The notes beneath the pieces are model-generated. The model saw only the letters and a list, made by a program, of their open reading frames with translations. It did no database searches and had not been told where the DNA came from. 32,000 bases of DNA, taken from Candidatus Sodalis pierantonii str. SOPE. Lineage in GTDB: Bacteria > Pseudomonadota > Gammaproteobacteria > Enterobacterales > Enterobacteriaceae. Shown one piece after another: positions 1-9,531 of the stretch (its first letter is position 1; the number at the start of each line of letters is the position of its first letter). The DNA lies in contig NZ_CP006568.1 of assembly GCF_000517405.1 (NCBI RefSeq), positions 1,669,152-1,701,151 of the forward strand, written 5' to 3'. A program made the position numbers and the translations under genes.

Positions 1-170
1 TGTTCAACCCGCTCACTTTCGCCGCAGGCCACGACTTCCACGCTGCCGTCATCCTGGTTACGGACATAACCGCTCAGCCCCAATTGCTTTGCCTGATGTA
101 AAGTGGCGAACCGAAAGCCGCCCCCCTGCACTTGCCCATGGATCCAGGCCGCCGTACATATCTTTGTCAT
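1..170 (-). CDS. yccX: acylphosphatase, N-terminal part (gene runs off the left edge)
   Basis: Reverse-strand ATG at 170 is preceded by GGAGGAG. The translation [51 protein letters not shown] carries the acylphosphatase VQG-x-x-FR motif. It is divergent from rlmI, as in E. coli. Confidence 0.85.
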   Translation of the reverse strand, partial: MTKICTAAWIHGQVQGGGFRFATLHQAKQLGLSGYVRNQDDGSVEVVACGESERVE

Positions 171-257
171 CGTCTCCTCCTGCCGAACGGCGTAGGTTGC
201 ATTTAGCCGCGCTTATTCGCAAAATGGCGCTCTTTAGCTAGGGTTTAGCATACTTTT

Positions 258-1451
258 ATGATGACAAAACGTCTATTTTTGGCGCGCGGCCGTGAAAAAT
301 CGCTTATGCGGCGCCATCCCTGGATCTTTTCCGGCGTGGTAGGTCGGCTGGAAGGGAAAGCCCAGCCGGGCGAAACCATCGATATTTTTGACGAGAAAGG
401 CCGTTGGCTGGCGCGTGGCGCGTGGTCGCCGCAATCGCAAATGCGCGCCAGGGTGTGGACCTTCACTCCCGACGAGCAAATTGATGTCGACTTCTTCGTC
501 CGCCGGTTGCAGGTCGCTCAGCGTCTGCGCACGTTTTTGGCGGCGCGGGACGGTCTGGATGGCTATCGCCTGATCGCGGGTGAGTCTGATGGTTTGCCCG
601 ATATCACTATCGATCGCTATGGTGATTTTCTGGTTCTGCAACTGCTGTCCGCCGGCGCCGAATATCAACGCGCCACCCTGTTAGCGGCGCTGAAACACTG
701 CTATCCCGACTGCACCCTTTACGATCGTTCCGATGTCGCGGTGCGGAAAAAAGAGGGGCTCAAAGAAACTCGCGGCGTCATCAGCGGGGCCACCCCACCA
801 GACCTGCTTCCTATCCGTGAACACGATATGGCGTTATTGGTGGATATTGCCCAAGGCCATAAAACCGGTTTCTATCTTGATCAGCGTGATAGCCGCCTGT
901 CCGCCCGTAAATACGCCGCCGGGCGCCGGGTTCTTAACTGTTTTAGCTATACCGGCGCGTTTTCCGTTTCGGTAATGAAAGGGGGGGGCCGAGAAGTAAT
1001 AAGCGTCGACACGTCTCAAAAGGCGTTGGACGTGGCGCAACAAAACCTGGCGCTTAATCAGCTGGATTTAGCGCGTGCGCGTTTCGTCCGGGACGATGTT
1101 TTTCAATTGCTGCGGCGTTATCGCGAGGAGGGTGAACAGTTTGATATGATTATCCTGGACCCGCCCAAGTTTGTTGAAAATAAAAATCAGTTGGCCAGCG
1201 CCTGTCGCGGTTATAAAGATATTAACCTGTTGGCGCTGCAACTGCTGACGCCGGAGGGGGTCCTGCTGAGCTTCTCCTGCTCCGGTCTGATGACCACCGA
1301 TCTGTTCCAGAAGATTCTGGCGGATGCGGCGCTTGATGCCGGCCGCGAGATACAGTTTATTGTGCAGTTTCGCCAGGCCACCGATCACCCGGTTGCCGGC
1401 GCTTATCCCGAAGGGCTGTATCTGAAGGTGTTTGCCTGCCGAGTCGGCTAA
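258..1451 (+). CDS. rlmI: 23S rRNA m5C1962 methyltransferase RlmI
   Basis: 397-aa ORF, collinear end to end with recalled E. coli RlmI (396 aa): ...[19 protein letters not shown]... to ...[15 protein letters not shown]. It contains an in-frame G8 run at 981-988. Confidence 0.95.
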   Translation: MMTKRLFLARGREKSLMRRHPWIFSGVVGRLEGKAQPGETIDIFDEKGRWLARGAWSPQSQMRARVWTFTPDEQIDVDFFVRRLQVAQRLRTFLAARDGLDGYRLIAGESDGLPDITIDRYGDFLVLQLLSAGAEYQRATLLAALKHCYPDCTLYDRSDVAVRKKEGLKETRGVISGATPPDLLPIREHDMALLVDIAQGHKTGFYLDQRDSRLSARKYAAGRRVLNCFSYTGAFSVSVMKGGGREVISVDTSQKALDVAQQNLALNQLDLARARFVRDDVFQLLRRYREEGEQFDMIILDPPKFVENKNQLASACRGYKDINLLALQLLTPEGVLLSFSCSGLMTTDLFQKILADAALDAGREIQFIVQFRQATDHPVAGAYPEGLYLKVFACRVG

Positions 1452-1527
1452 ATTATGTTCTGACGCCTTGAATTCCCCGACGCCTCCCCCATATTAAGTG
1501 TAAGGCATACTTTTCACTGGAGGTCTC

Positions 1528-1845
1528 ATGATTGCCAGCAAATTTGGCATAGGGCAGCAGGTCCGGCATAAGCTGCTGGGGTATCTGGGGGTCATTATCG
1601 ATGTGGATCCGGAATACTCCCTGGAGAAGCCTTCGCTGGATGACATTGCGGCTGACGATAGCCTGCGTACGGCCCCTTGGTATCATGTGGTGATGGAAGA
1701 TGAAGAGGGAAAACCGGTGCATACCTATCTGGCGGAAGCGCAGCTGGGATATGAATCGTTTCCAGTCCATCCCGAACAGCCGACGCTGGATGAGTTGGCG
1801 GAATCCATCCGCCAACAACTTCAGGCGCCCCGCTTGAGAAATTAA
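1528..1845 (+). CDS. hspQ: heat-shock protein HspQ (hemimethylated-DNA-binding family)
   Basis: 105-aa ORF running [22 protein letters not shown]...QLQAPRLRN. Length and both termini match E. coli HspQ/YccV. GGAGG lies just upstream of the ATG. Confidence 0.95.
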   Translation: MIASKFGIGQQVRHKLLGYLGVIIDVDPEYSLEKPSLDDIAADDSLRTAPWYHVVMEDEEGKPVHTYLAEAQLGYESFPVHPEQPTLDELAESIRQQLQAPRLRN

Positions 1846-2068
1846 TCTCATGGCTGTGCGAGCACGCGCAGTCTGATTTCTGCCGCCCCGAGGGCCGGTA
1901 AACAAGTCCCAGCCTTGCTCGTGCCAGCAAAGGGCCGTGGCGTGAGCCGGTTTCTCACGCTTTCACTGGCCGGTAACTCAAACTGAGATCATTACGTGCA
2001 CCCTGACCCTTAGCGTAACCCTAGCTTTCGCTCGACCACCCTGACTTGGGGGCAATGCCGACCTTCCC

Positions 2069-2533
2069 TCAACACGCTGGCCATCGGCGCGATTCCGGTT
2101 TTCCGCCACGCCACCGGCAACGCTCGGTGGTCCAGCCCCAGTCGTGGGATTTCAATTTTGGGGCAGCGATCCATGACCACTTTCCGACGTTCTTCGCCAG
2201 CACCGCCGCTTGCTCATTTATGATGCCTAACTGCAGCCACAGCACGTCGGCATCAATGGCAATCGCTTCCTGCGTCAGGTCGTAAACCGTATCAGCGCGG
2301 CGAAAGACATCCACCATGTCGATTTTGGCAGGGATCGCCGCCAAATTGGCGTAAACGGTTTGTCCCAAGAGGGTTTTCCCTGCCAGGGCTGGGTTCACGG
2401 GGTAGACCTGATAGCCATGGGCCAATAAATAAGCCATGACGCCGTGGCTGGGTCGGGCCGGATTATCGCTGGCGCCCACCAGGGCGATGGTCTTCACGGT
2501 CTGCAGAATGTCGCTAATTTCAGCGTCTGTCAT
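2069..2533 (-). pseudogene. yccU: CoA-binding protein YccU, frameshifted near the 3' end
   Basis: Residues 1-116 match YccU (TIALVGASDNPARPSHGVMAYLL...INEQAAVLAKNVG). The conserved C-terminal VVMDRCPKIEIPRLGL is encoded in a different frame starting near 2187-2193, which implies a 1-nt deletion. The ORF-track tail KWSWIAAPKLKSHDWG... is out of frame. Confidence 0.6.
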
Positions 2534-2712
2534 GGCGGTTCTCCGCGAAAAAAAGGTGTGTTAAGTGTACACCCCCCGGTAAAAAACACCTTTCGTCAGC
2601 GGAAATCAATAATATCAAAATAAAAACAAGTGTTACTAAATTCTTCAAAATTATTATTATTGCTATAGAGACATGGTGAATTATTCTGAGTGCGTTCTGA
2701 TAAGGTGAGAGA

Positions 2713-3339
2713 ATGAATTTCCTGCGCGTCCTGGTTATGGGGCTATGCATCTTAACCGGGTTTCCCGTGATGGCGACCACGCTGCAACTCCCTGAAGAAC
2801 TTGAACTATTGATTGTCGATGGTAAAGCGCTGGGGAGCTCCCTGCTGCGCGGCGCCAGCAGCCTGGAGTTGGAACAAGGCCACCATCAGCTTGTTTTTAC
2901 CCTGCTACAACCCTTGGCCGAGGGTAAAACCGTGATGCCGCCGGCCTGCAGCTCCCCCTACATTAATCATCGGCTTTGACACGGGCGAGGCGCGACGGCT
3001 GAAATTTGTGCTGCCGAGGCTCGCAAGCCGCGCCGAAGGCGAACGTTTTTGCCATCAGCCGCTGGTCGGTCTTCAGGATCAGGACCAGAAACCGCTGCCC
3101 GTCAGCGTCAGCCGGCTCGATGCGGACAAGAAGAGTTTACTGCCCGCGTTGGAGCAATATAACCGCCGGCACCTCGCCCGGCGCAGTCCGTTGACGGTTT
3201 GTCCCGCCAAGGTTCTGCGAGCGCAGAGGCGAAGCAAATGCTGCGGTTCTGGTTTTTGCAGGCCGACCTGGCCAGCCGGGAGCGTTTTCTTGCCTGGGTG
3301 CGCCAACGCCAGTCAATCTCTGGCGAGGAGACAAAATAA
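2713..3339 (+). pseudogene. yccT: periplasmic protein YccT, at least two frameshifts
   Basis: The signal peptide and N-terminus ([54 protein letters not shown]) are in frame 1. The middle part ([10 protein letters not shown]...LPRLASRAEGERF...LEQYN) is in another frame. The C-terminus (AEAKQMLRFWFLQADLASRERFLAWVRQRQ...TK*) is back in frame 1 and ends at TAA 3337-3339. Shifts lie at about 2935-2960 and 3185-3235. Confidence 0.85.
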
Positions 3340-3637
3340 ACGGCGCTTTTTTACCGATTTGCCGGTTTGTCTCTTTGCAGTGAAACAGAGTTTCAGTAGT
3401 CTATAGTTAGATCGTCAGACTTAAGGAACTGGACATGGAATCTACCACCCGCACCATTGCCGCGCGCAAACATATCGCGCTGGTGGCGCATGATCATTGT
3501 AAACAGTCTCTGCTCAATTGGGTGGAGACTAACAAAGCGCAACTTTCGGAACATGTGCTGTACGCCACCGGCACCACCGGCAACCTGGTGCAGCTTAAAA
3601 CCGGTTTACCGGTCAACAGCATGCTCAGCGGCCCGAT

Positions 3638-3646
3638 GGGGGGGGG
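3638..3646 (+). repeat. G9 homopolymer carrying the mgsA frameshift
   Basis: Read directly from gcccgatggg ggggggaatc. The reading frame of MgsA changes across this run. Confidence 0.9.
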
Positions 3647-3795
3647 AATCAACAGGTGGGCGTCCTGATTTCCGAAGGCAAAATCGATATGATGATTTTC
3701 TTTTGGGATCCACTAAATGCCGTTCCGCACGACCCGGATGTCAAAGCGCTGCTGCGACTGGCGACGGTGTGGAATATCCCCGTGGCCACCAACCG

Positions 3796-5110
3796 GACCC
3801 TGTACACGATTCTGTGTAAATGCCTTTTCTCAGAAGTGACCGTCCAGGCGGTCACCGAACTCGATAATAAAGCGGCTCATTGCCATGCGCCAGTCCCTCA
3901 AAGGCATTGTCCATTTCTGTGAGGCTGCCTGTATCGCCAGCCACACCACCTTTTTCACTGCGTCGTCGGTCGGGAACACCTTGCGCTTTTTGATGGCATG
4001 CCGGATCACGCTGTTTAACGACTCGATGGCGTTGGTCGTGTAGATCACCTTGCGGATGTCCGTTGGGTAGGCAAAGAACGTGGCCAGATTGGCCCAGTTT
4101 GCCTGCCAGCTTCGACTTATTTGTGGGTAGCGGATGTCCCAGGCACTGAAGAACGCTTCCAGCGCCTGCAAGCCGGCTTCTTCCGTAGGGGCCTGATAGA
4201 TAGCTTTCAGGTCGCGGGTGACGGCCTTGTAGTCCTTCCAGGAGACGAACCGCAGGCTGTTGCGCACCATATGCACGATACACAGCTGGAGCCGCGCCTC
4301 CGGATACACCGCGTTAATAGCGTCAGGGAAACCTTTCAGCCCGTCTACGCAGGCGATAAGGATATCGTTCAGGCCGCGGTTTTTCAGCTCTGTCAGCACG
4401 TTCAGCCAGAACTTTGCGCCTTCATTTTCGGCCAGCCACATACCTAGCAACTCTTTCTGGCCTTCGATGTTGATGCCCAGCGCCAGGAACACAGATTTGT
4501 TGATGATGCGGCTGTCCTGCCGGACTTTTAGAACGATACAGTCAAGATAAACAATGGGATAGACTGCATCCAGAGGCCGGTTTTGCCATTCAACAACCTG
4601 CTCCATGACCGCATCGGTGACCTTTGAGACCAGCGCCGGCGAGACATCGGCGTCATACAGCTCTTTGAACGCGGCGGCGATCTCGCGGGTGGTCATCCCT
4701 TTGGCGTACAACGATAAAATCTGGTTATCCATCCCGGTAATCCGGGTCTGGTTCTTCTTCACCAGTTGCGGTTCAAAGGAACCGTCACGATCGCGCGGAG
4801 TACGCAGCGCCAGCGGGCCATCGCCAGTGGTAACGGTTTTTGTGGAATAGCCGTTGCGGGCGTTGGTCCCCGGTTTAGGCTGATTTTTATCGTAGCCGAG
4901 GTGATGGGTCATTTCGGCATTGAGAGCTGCTTCGACGCTGATTTTTTTCAGCAGCCGATCGAAGTGACTGAGATCTTCAGGGGTTTTGAGATTTTTGGCC
5001 AGTTCGTTAGCCAGAGCCTGCAACTGTTTTTCGTCCATAAATTAACCTGTTTTTGATGTTGGATTGAACATATCAAAATCAGGCAAATACACAAATTTCT
5101 AAACAGGCTC
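3796..5110 (-). mobile_element. IS256-family insertion sequence, copy A (1315 bp) with 8-bp target duplication
   Basis: Imperfect terminal inverted repeats are GAGCCTGTTTAGAAATTTGTGTATTTGC and GACCCTGTACACGATTCTGTGTAAATGC. ACCAACCG is directly repeated at 3788-3795 and 5111-5118. About 99% identical to copy B at 18831-20145. Confidence 0.92.
3830..5038 (-). CDS. IS256-family (Mutator-type) DDE transposase, intact
   Basis: 402-aa ORF with typical IS256-family blocks ([39 protein letters not shown]). It lies 72 nt from one IS end and 34 nt from the other, the same as in copy B. Confidence 0.95.
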   Translation of the reverse strand: MDEKQLQALANELAKNLKTPEDLSHFDRLLKKISVEAALNAEMTHHLGYDKNQPKPGTNARNGYSTKTVTTGDGPLALRTPRDRDGSFEPQLVKKNQTRITGMDNQILSLYAKGMTTREIAAAFKELYDADVSPALVSKVTDAVMEQVVEWQNRPLDAVYPIVYLDCIVLKVRQDSRIINKSVFLALGINIEGQKELLGMWLAENEGAKFWLNVLTELKNRGLNDILIACVDGLKGFPDAINAVYPEARLQLCIVHMVRNSLRFVSWKDYKAVTRDLKAIYQAPTEEAGLQALEAFFSAWDIRYPQISRSWQANWANLATFFAYPTDIRKVIYTTNAIESLNSVIRHAIKKRKVFPTDDAVKKVVWLAIQAASQKWTMPLRDWRMAMSRFIIEFGDRLDGHF

Positions 5111-5292
5111 ACCAACCGCTCTACCGCCGATTTCTTCATTAGCTCCGCTCTTTTCCATCAGGACGTGGCGATCGCCATCCCTGATTATCAACGTTATCTG
5201 GCGGAGCGCCTGTCGTCCTAACGGAGCCCACTCCACATCAGGCGCGCCCGCGCGTGCCTGGCGATGCCGCGCCGTGAAGCGACATGCGCGGT

Positions 5293-7347
5293 TTAGGGTT
5301 TTCTCGCCTGCGGCACCCCCTGACTCAGCAGTTCCTCTATAAATACCGACGGGTTCGCCTTGTCCGTCAGCAGCCATACCTGCTCTTTGGCGCGGGTAAG
5401 CGCCACGTACAGCAGGCGACGCTCTTCCGCGTCCGGGTAGTCCTCCGGTTGGGGAAGGAGAACCTGTTCGATAATCGATTCCCGCACCGCAGCAGGAAAT
5501 CCGTCGCGGCCGTCGTTGACGCCGACAATGATCACATACTCCGCCTGCTGCCCTTTGCTGGCATGAATAGTCATAAAATCAATCGTCAGGTTGGGCCAGC
5601 GCGTCGCCGCTTTTGCCAGCAGCGCCGGACGCAGATGGTGATAACGTGCCAGCACCAGAATACGTTGCGTCGGCGTGACAAAACCGCTGAGTTTGTTTAA
5701 AAGCGCGTCAAGTTGATCTTCAGGCAGGATCAACACCGCTTTTTTGCCGCCGCGCGTCAGGTTGTTAAGCGGCTTTGCCAGTTGAAACGGATTTTGCTGC
5801 ACAAACCGGTTTGCCACTTCGCCAATACGTTGATTAAAGCGGTAGGTGGTATCCAGAGCCAGCGGTTCGCCACCGCCAAAACTCGCGCTGAAGGCGGTGG
5901 TCAACGCCAGCTCCGCGCCGCTGAAGCGGTAAATCGCCTGCCAATCATCCCCAACGGCGAACAATGCGCTGGCGCTGTTTTGTTGGCACAGCGCGGTGAT
6001 AAGCCTGGCGCGCTGGAGTGAGATATCCTGAAACTCATCCACCAGAATATGTTTCCACGGGCTCACGAAGCGGCCTTTTTGCAAAATATCCACCGCCTGA
6101 TGGATAAGACCGTCAAAGTCCACCGCGCCCTCTTCTTTCAATGCCTGTTTCCAGGCTTTCAGCAGCGGCGCCAGCAGCCGGATGCATTTTTGAAACTGCT
6201 CGCGCAGCGCATCGGGCGCCGCGTCTATCATCTCGGCCTGGCTGCCGCCGTGCGAACGCATCAGCCCGACCCAGCGCTCCAGCCGTCCCGCCAGGCGGTT
6301 AGCCAGTTTATCGTTCTGCCAGAAATCGCCGTCCGGCACTTCCCAGTCTAGTTCCTCGCCAATCCACTGCCGCCACCCTTTGGCCTGCGCCTTTTTTTCG
6401 CGGCATTGCTGTCGCCAATGGTCAATCAGCAGCTTACGCCGCGCGGCGCCATCGCTTTCAAGCTGGCTCACGGCCGGCGCCTTTTTGTTGCCTTGACGAA
6501 TAATCATCAGCGCCAAGGCATGAAAAGTACTTGCCTGAATCGTATCCACGTCCAGCCGCTGCCGCAGGCGTTCGTCCATTTCCCGCGCCGCCTGGCGGCC
6601 GAATGCCAGCAGCAAAATCTGATCCGGCGTCGCCAGATTACGCCGCAGCAACCAGCAGGCGCGCGCCACCAGCAGCGAGGTTTTACCGCTACCGGCGCCG
6701 GCCAGCACCAGCAGCGATCGCTCGCCGTTGACCACCGCCCGGCTTTGGGCAAGATTAAGCGGCGAACTTTCCACCGAGCGAAAGAAGTCCTCATGCTCTT
6801 GCAGCATACGCGTCGTCCATTGCTGATTGCGCATCGCCACCCGTTGCACGCCCTCCTCCAGCCACTCCCGGCATTGACGCCAAGGTTCACGGCAATCGTC
6901 AAATGCCCCCAGCCGGGCGACGGGCAGCGGCAGCGCGTCAACAGCCTGCTGGATCCCCGCCTGCAGCCGGGCCAGATCCTGCTGTAGCAGCCAGCTATCC
7001 TTATCGATGATCTGTTGGATTTTCACCACTTGCTCGTTCAGCACCCCGGCGGCAATGGCGCCCATTTCCTCGCTCCAGGTCTGCCACGACTGCTGTAGGT
7101 AACGGTAGAACCGCTGGGTTTCCTGCCATTCGGTGCCGTGCAGGCGCACGACTTTATCTTCCGGCAGCTCAAATTCCAGCTCGCCCCACACGATGCCGCG
7201 GCGGCATTGAATCGCGAGAATTTGATTGAACGGGATCAGATAGTGATATTTATCGCCGCTGACCTCGACGCCGGCATGCAATAGCCGTACGCGGTTATAA
7301 GGATGCTGCGCCAGACGTTTGCCGATTGAGGTGGATTTGAGTTCCAT
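5293..7347 (-). CDS. helD: DNA helicase IV
   Basis: Taking the ATG at 7347 (MELKSTSIGKRLAQHPYNRV...) gives 684 aa, the same length as recalled E. coli HelD. Walker A is present (LAGAGSGKTS), and the C-terminus is ...DAEERRLLYVALTRAKEQVWLL...PQARKP. The 39-codon upstream extension in the ORF track has no homologous counterpart. Confidence 0.93.
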   Translation of the reverse strand: MELKSTSIGKRLAQHPYNRVRLLHAGVEVSGDKYHYLIPFNQILAIQCRRGIVWGELEFELPEDKVVRLHGTEWQETQRFYRYLQQSWQTWSEEMGAIAAGVLNEQVVKIQQIIDKDSWLLQQDLARLQAGIQQAVDALPLPVARLGAFDDCREPWRQCREWLEEGVQRVAMRNQQWTTRMLQEHEDFFRSVESSPLNLAQSRAVVNGERSLLVLAGAGSGKTSLLVARACWLLRRNLATPDQILLLAFGRQAAREMDERLRQRLDVDTIQASTFHALALMIIRQGNKKAPAVSQLESDGAARRKLLIDHWRQQCREKKAQAKGWRQWIGEELDWEVPDGDFWQNDKLANRLAGRLERWVGLMRSHGGSQAEMIDAAPDALREQFQKCIRLLAPLLKAWKQALKEEGAVDFDGLIHQAVDILQKGRFVSPWKHILVDEFQDISLQRARLITALCQQNSASALFAVGDDWQAIYRFSGAELALTTAFSASFGGGEPLALDTTYRFNQRIGEVANRFVQQNPFQLAKPLNNLTRGGKKAVLILPEDQLDALLNKLSGFVTPTQRILVLARYHHLRPALLAKAATRWPNLTIDFMTIHASKGQQAEYVIIVGVNDGRDGFPAAVRESIIEQVLLPQPEDYPDAEERRLLYVALTRAKEQVWLLTDKANPSVFIEELLSQGVPQARKP

Positions 7348-7500
7348 AAGCTTGCAAGGATTCCGGATGGCCATGATGTCTGTCTTTAGTGTACCCGCTT
7401 TGAGTTGTCCTGCTCCAGCCAGAAAAACAGAGTAGAATTCGCAATGGAGATCAGAGACAATCAACGCTAACGATTATCAGCCTTTACTGCCCAGAGCGCT

Positions 7501-7947
7501 ATGCGAACGCTACTCAATATCATCAATTTTATTTTTGGCGGTTTCTTGACCACCCTCGCCTGGCTACTGGCGACACTCCTTAGTATCGTGCTTATTATCA
7601 GCTGGCCTTTTACCCGCGCCTTCTGAGAGATAACCAAGTTGTCACTGGTACCGTTCGGCAATACCGTGCTGCATGTGGATGAGCTTTATCCCGAACGGCG
7701 CAGCGGTTTGCTTAATACCGGCGGCACGCTGCTTAATGTCTTTTGGTTCGTGGTGTTCGGCTGGTGGCTGTGTCTGTCGCACATTCTGACGGGGATTGCC
7801 CAATGCTGCACGCTGATTGGCATCCCCTTTGGTATCGCCAATTTCAAGCTGGCGCTCATCGCGGTTTGACCGGTGGGCCGCCGGGTGGTGTCGGTCGAAG
7901 AGGCCGACAGGCTACGAGCGGGTTTTCGCGGCCCGCATCATGGTTAA
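7501..7947 (+). pseudogene. yccF: inner-membrane protein YccF with two in-frame TGA codons
   Basis: The 149-codon frame is collinear with E. coli YccF (148 aa): MRTLLNIINFIFGGF...TRAF*EITKLSLVPFGN...GIANFKLALIAV*PVGRRVVSVEE. The stops are at 7624-7626 and 7867-7869. Both fall where E. coli has Trp. Confidence 0.88.
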
Positions 7948-8770
7948 GCGACGCGAGGACAGGACGTGCTAACATCCGCCCCGGGCTTGCGTCAGTGGGT
8001 GTTCAACAGTCGCTGACACGATACCCTGAAAATTATCTTCGCCCTTAGCGGGACGGCGGCCGTGCCCTGGTGGCTGGGTTCGCCCACGTTGACGATTCCG
8101 CTGACCTTAGGTGTCGTTGCCGCCGCGCTGGCGAGTCTGGATGACCGGCTCACCGGCCGATTACGTAATTTGCTCATAACGCTGGTAAGTTTTTTCATCG
8201 CCGCCGTTTCCATTGAGCTCCTCTTTCCCTATCCGTGGCTGTTAGCCCTCGGCCTTGCCTGTTCAACCTGCGGTTTTATCTTGCTCGGCGCCCTTGGGCA
8301 GCGCTATGCCACCATCGCTTTTGGCGCTCTGTTAATTGCGGTATACACCATGCTGGGCACCGCGATGTATCAAAGCTGGTATTTGCAGCCGCTACTGCTG
8401 GCAGGCGCTATTTGGTACAATGCGCTCACCCTGCTTGGCCACCTGATGTTTCCCATAAGCCCTTTACAGGATGACCTGGCGCGCGGCTATCGGTCTCTGG
8501 CCCACTATCTTTCCGCCAAGGCCGACTGTTTCGATCCCGACAGCGAGGAAAGCGACGACAGCATCCTGATAACGGTGGCGATGGCCAACGGCCAACTGGT
8601 GGAGGCGCTTAACCAAGTAAAGGCCACCTTGCTTACGCGCCTGCGCGGGGTGCAGATTTCGACGTATCCGATCAGCTGTTCCGGCGACATCCGATTAGTT
8701 ATTCCGATATTTTCCGATCACCCATTCCAGTGATATTCGTTCACGTGTTCGCTCATCTTCTGACTCGGGT

Positions 8771-9520
8771 TTAGTCTATTTTTCCTGTGCTGGCTACTCC
8801 TTGCTCTTTGCGTAGTGATTCGTCTTTAAGTTCCAGCCTATAGCTGGGGTGTACTAACCGATCGAGTAACGCGTCAGCTGTCGTGGAGTTTTCTATCAGT
8901 CCATACCATTTTTTCACCGGCAGTTGACTGATCAGGATGCTGCTGCTTTTGTCGTAGCGATCTTCCATCACCTCCAACAGCATCGTTGCCTGCATCGGAC
9001 TTATTGATTCTAGGCCCACGTCGTCCAAGATCAGTAACTCTATTTTTTCTAACTGCTTAAGCTGTTTTAGATAGGTCCCGTCTACCTGACACTGGTGAAG
9101 ATGGGCCAGCAACCGACCCACTCGCCAGTAACGCACGCTATATTGCTGCCGGCATGCCTGCTCACCAAGCGCACAACTGAGCCAGGTTTTGCCCGTACCT
9201 GTTGGCCCCGTGATGAGTATGCTTTTCTGATATTTCAGATATTGTCCCCCTAGCAGATCTCGCATCTGTTCCGGTGTCACTCCTCGGCTAGGGATATAGC
9301 GGATATCTTCCGGTTTTGCCTGCAAGCGCATTTGCGATTGCCGTCGCATATGGCATATGTGGTTGTTTTTTCTATGCAAATTTTCCGCTTCTACCATCAG
9401 CGACAACCGCTCCTCGAACCCCAGCTCCCCATAACTCCCCGGGAGTTCGCGTTGCGTCTCCAACGCCTGGACCATTGCCGATAACTTCAGCTTTCGCAGA
9501 GCCATTAACAGTGTATCCAT
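8771..9520 (-). CDS. istB: IS21-family helper ATPase IstB, intact
   Basis: 249-aa ORF with Walker A (GPTGTGKT) and Walker B (LLILDDVG). It starts 11 nt after the inferred istA stop. Confidence 0.93.
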   Translation of the reverse strand: MDTLLMALRKLKLSAMVQALETQRELPGSYGELGFEERLSLMVEAENLHRKNNHICHMRRQSQMRLQAKPEDIRYIPSRGVTPEQMRDLLGGQYLKYQKSILITGPTGTGKTWLSCALGEQACRQQYSVRYWRVGRLLAHLHQCQVDGTYLKQLKQLEKIELLILDDVGLESISPMQATMLLEVMEDRYDKSSSILISQLPVKKWYGLIENSTTADALLDRLVHPSYRLELKDESLRKEQGVASTGKID

Positions 9521-9531
9521 ATTTATTCTCC

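Larger units (their letters stand above)
3435..5221 (+). pseudogene. mgsA: methylglyoxal synthase, frameshifted in a G9 run and split by an IS256-family element
   Basis: [24 protein letters not shown]...YATGTTGNL...SGPMGG runs up to G9 at 3638-3646. It continues out of frame as [49 protein letters not shown]. The IS occupies 3796-5110. The gene resumes as [37 protein letters not shown] and ends at 5221. Confidence 0.9.

Noticed and set aside
1846-2068. Possible sRNA or terminator structures in the hspQ-yccU convergent spacer
   Set aside because: Only weak, mismatched inverted repeats are present (for example CTGTGCGAGCACGCGCAG), and there are no T-runs. Part of the spacer is probably the displaced 3' end of the frameshifted yccU.
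3008-3406. 132-aa ORF as an independent gene between yccT and mgsA
   Set aside because: Its first two thirds are simply the middle frame of the frameshifted yccT (…FVLPRLASRAEGERF…LEQYN…). The rest is out-of-frame read-through.
5284-7000. Long plus-strand ORFs antisense to helD (5284-5700, 6406-6987 and others). Similar antisense ORFs occur in pqiB (25159-25692), uup (28443-28859) and rlmL (29976-30506, 30972-31469).
   Set aside because: These are typical shadow ORFs of GC-rich coding DNA. Their products are Arg/Ala/Gln-rich and of low complexity. There are no RBSs, and the opposite strand carries well-conserved genes.
7348-7464. 39-codon N-terminal extension of helD in the ORF track (MIVSDLHCEFYSV...)
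   Set aside because: Homology to HelD begins precisely at the internal MELKSTSIGKRLAQHPYNRV, and that start gives the canonical 684 aa. The extension is unconserved upstream read-through of the ORF finder.
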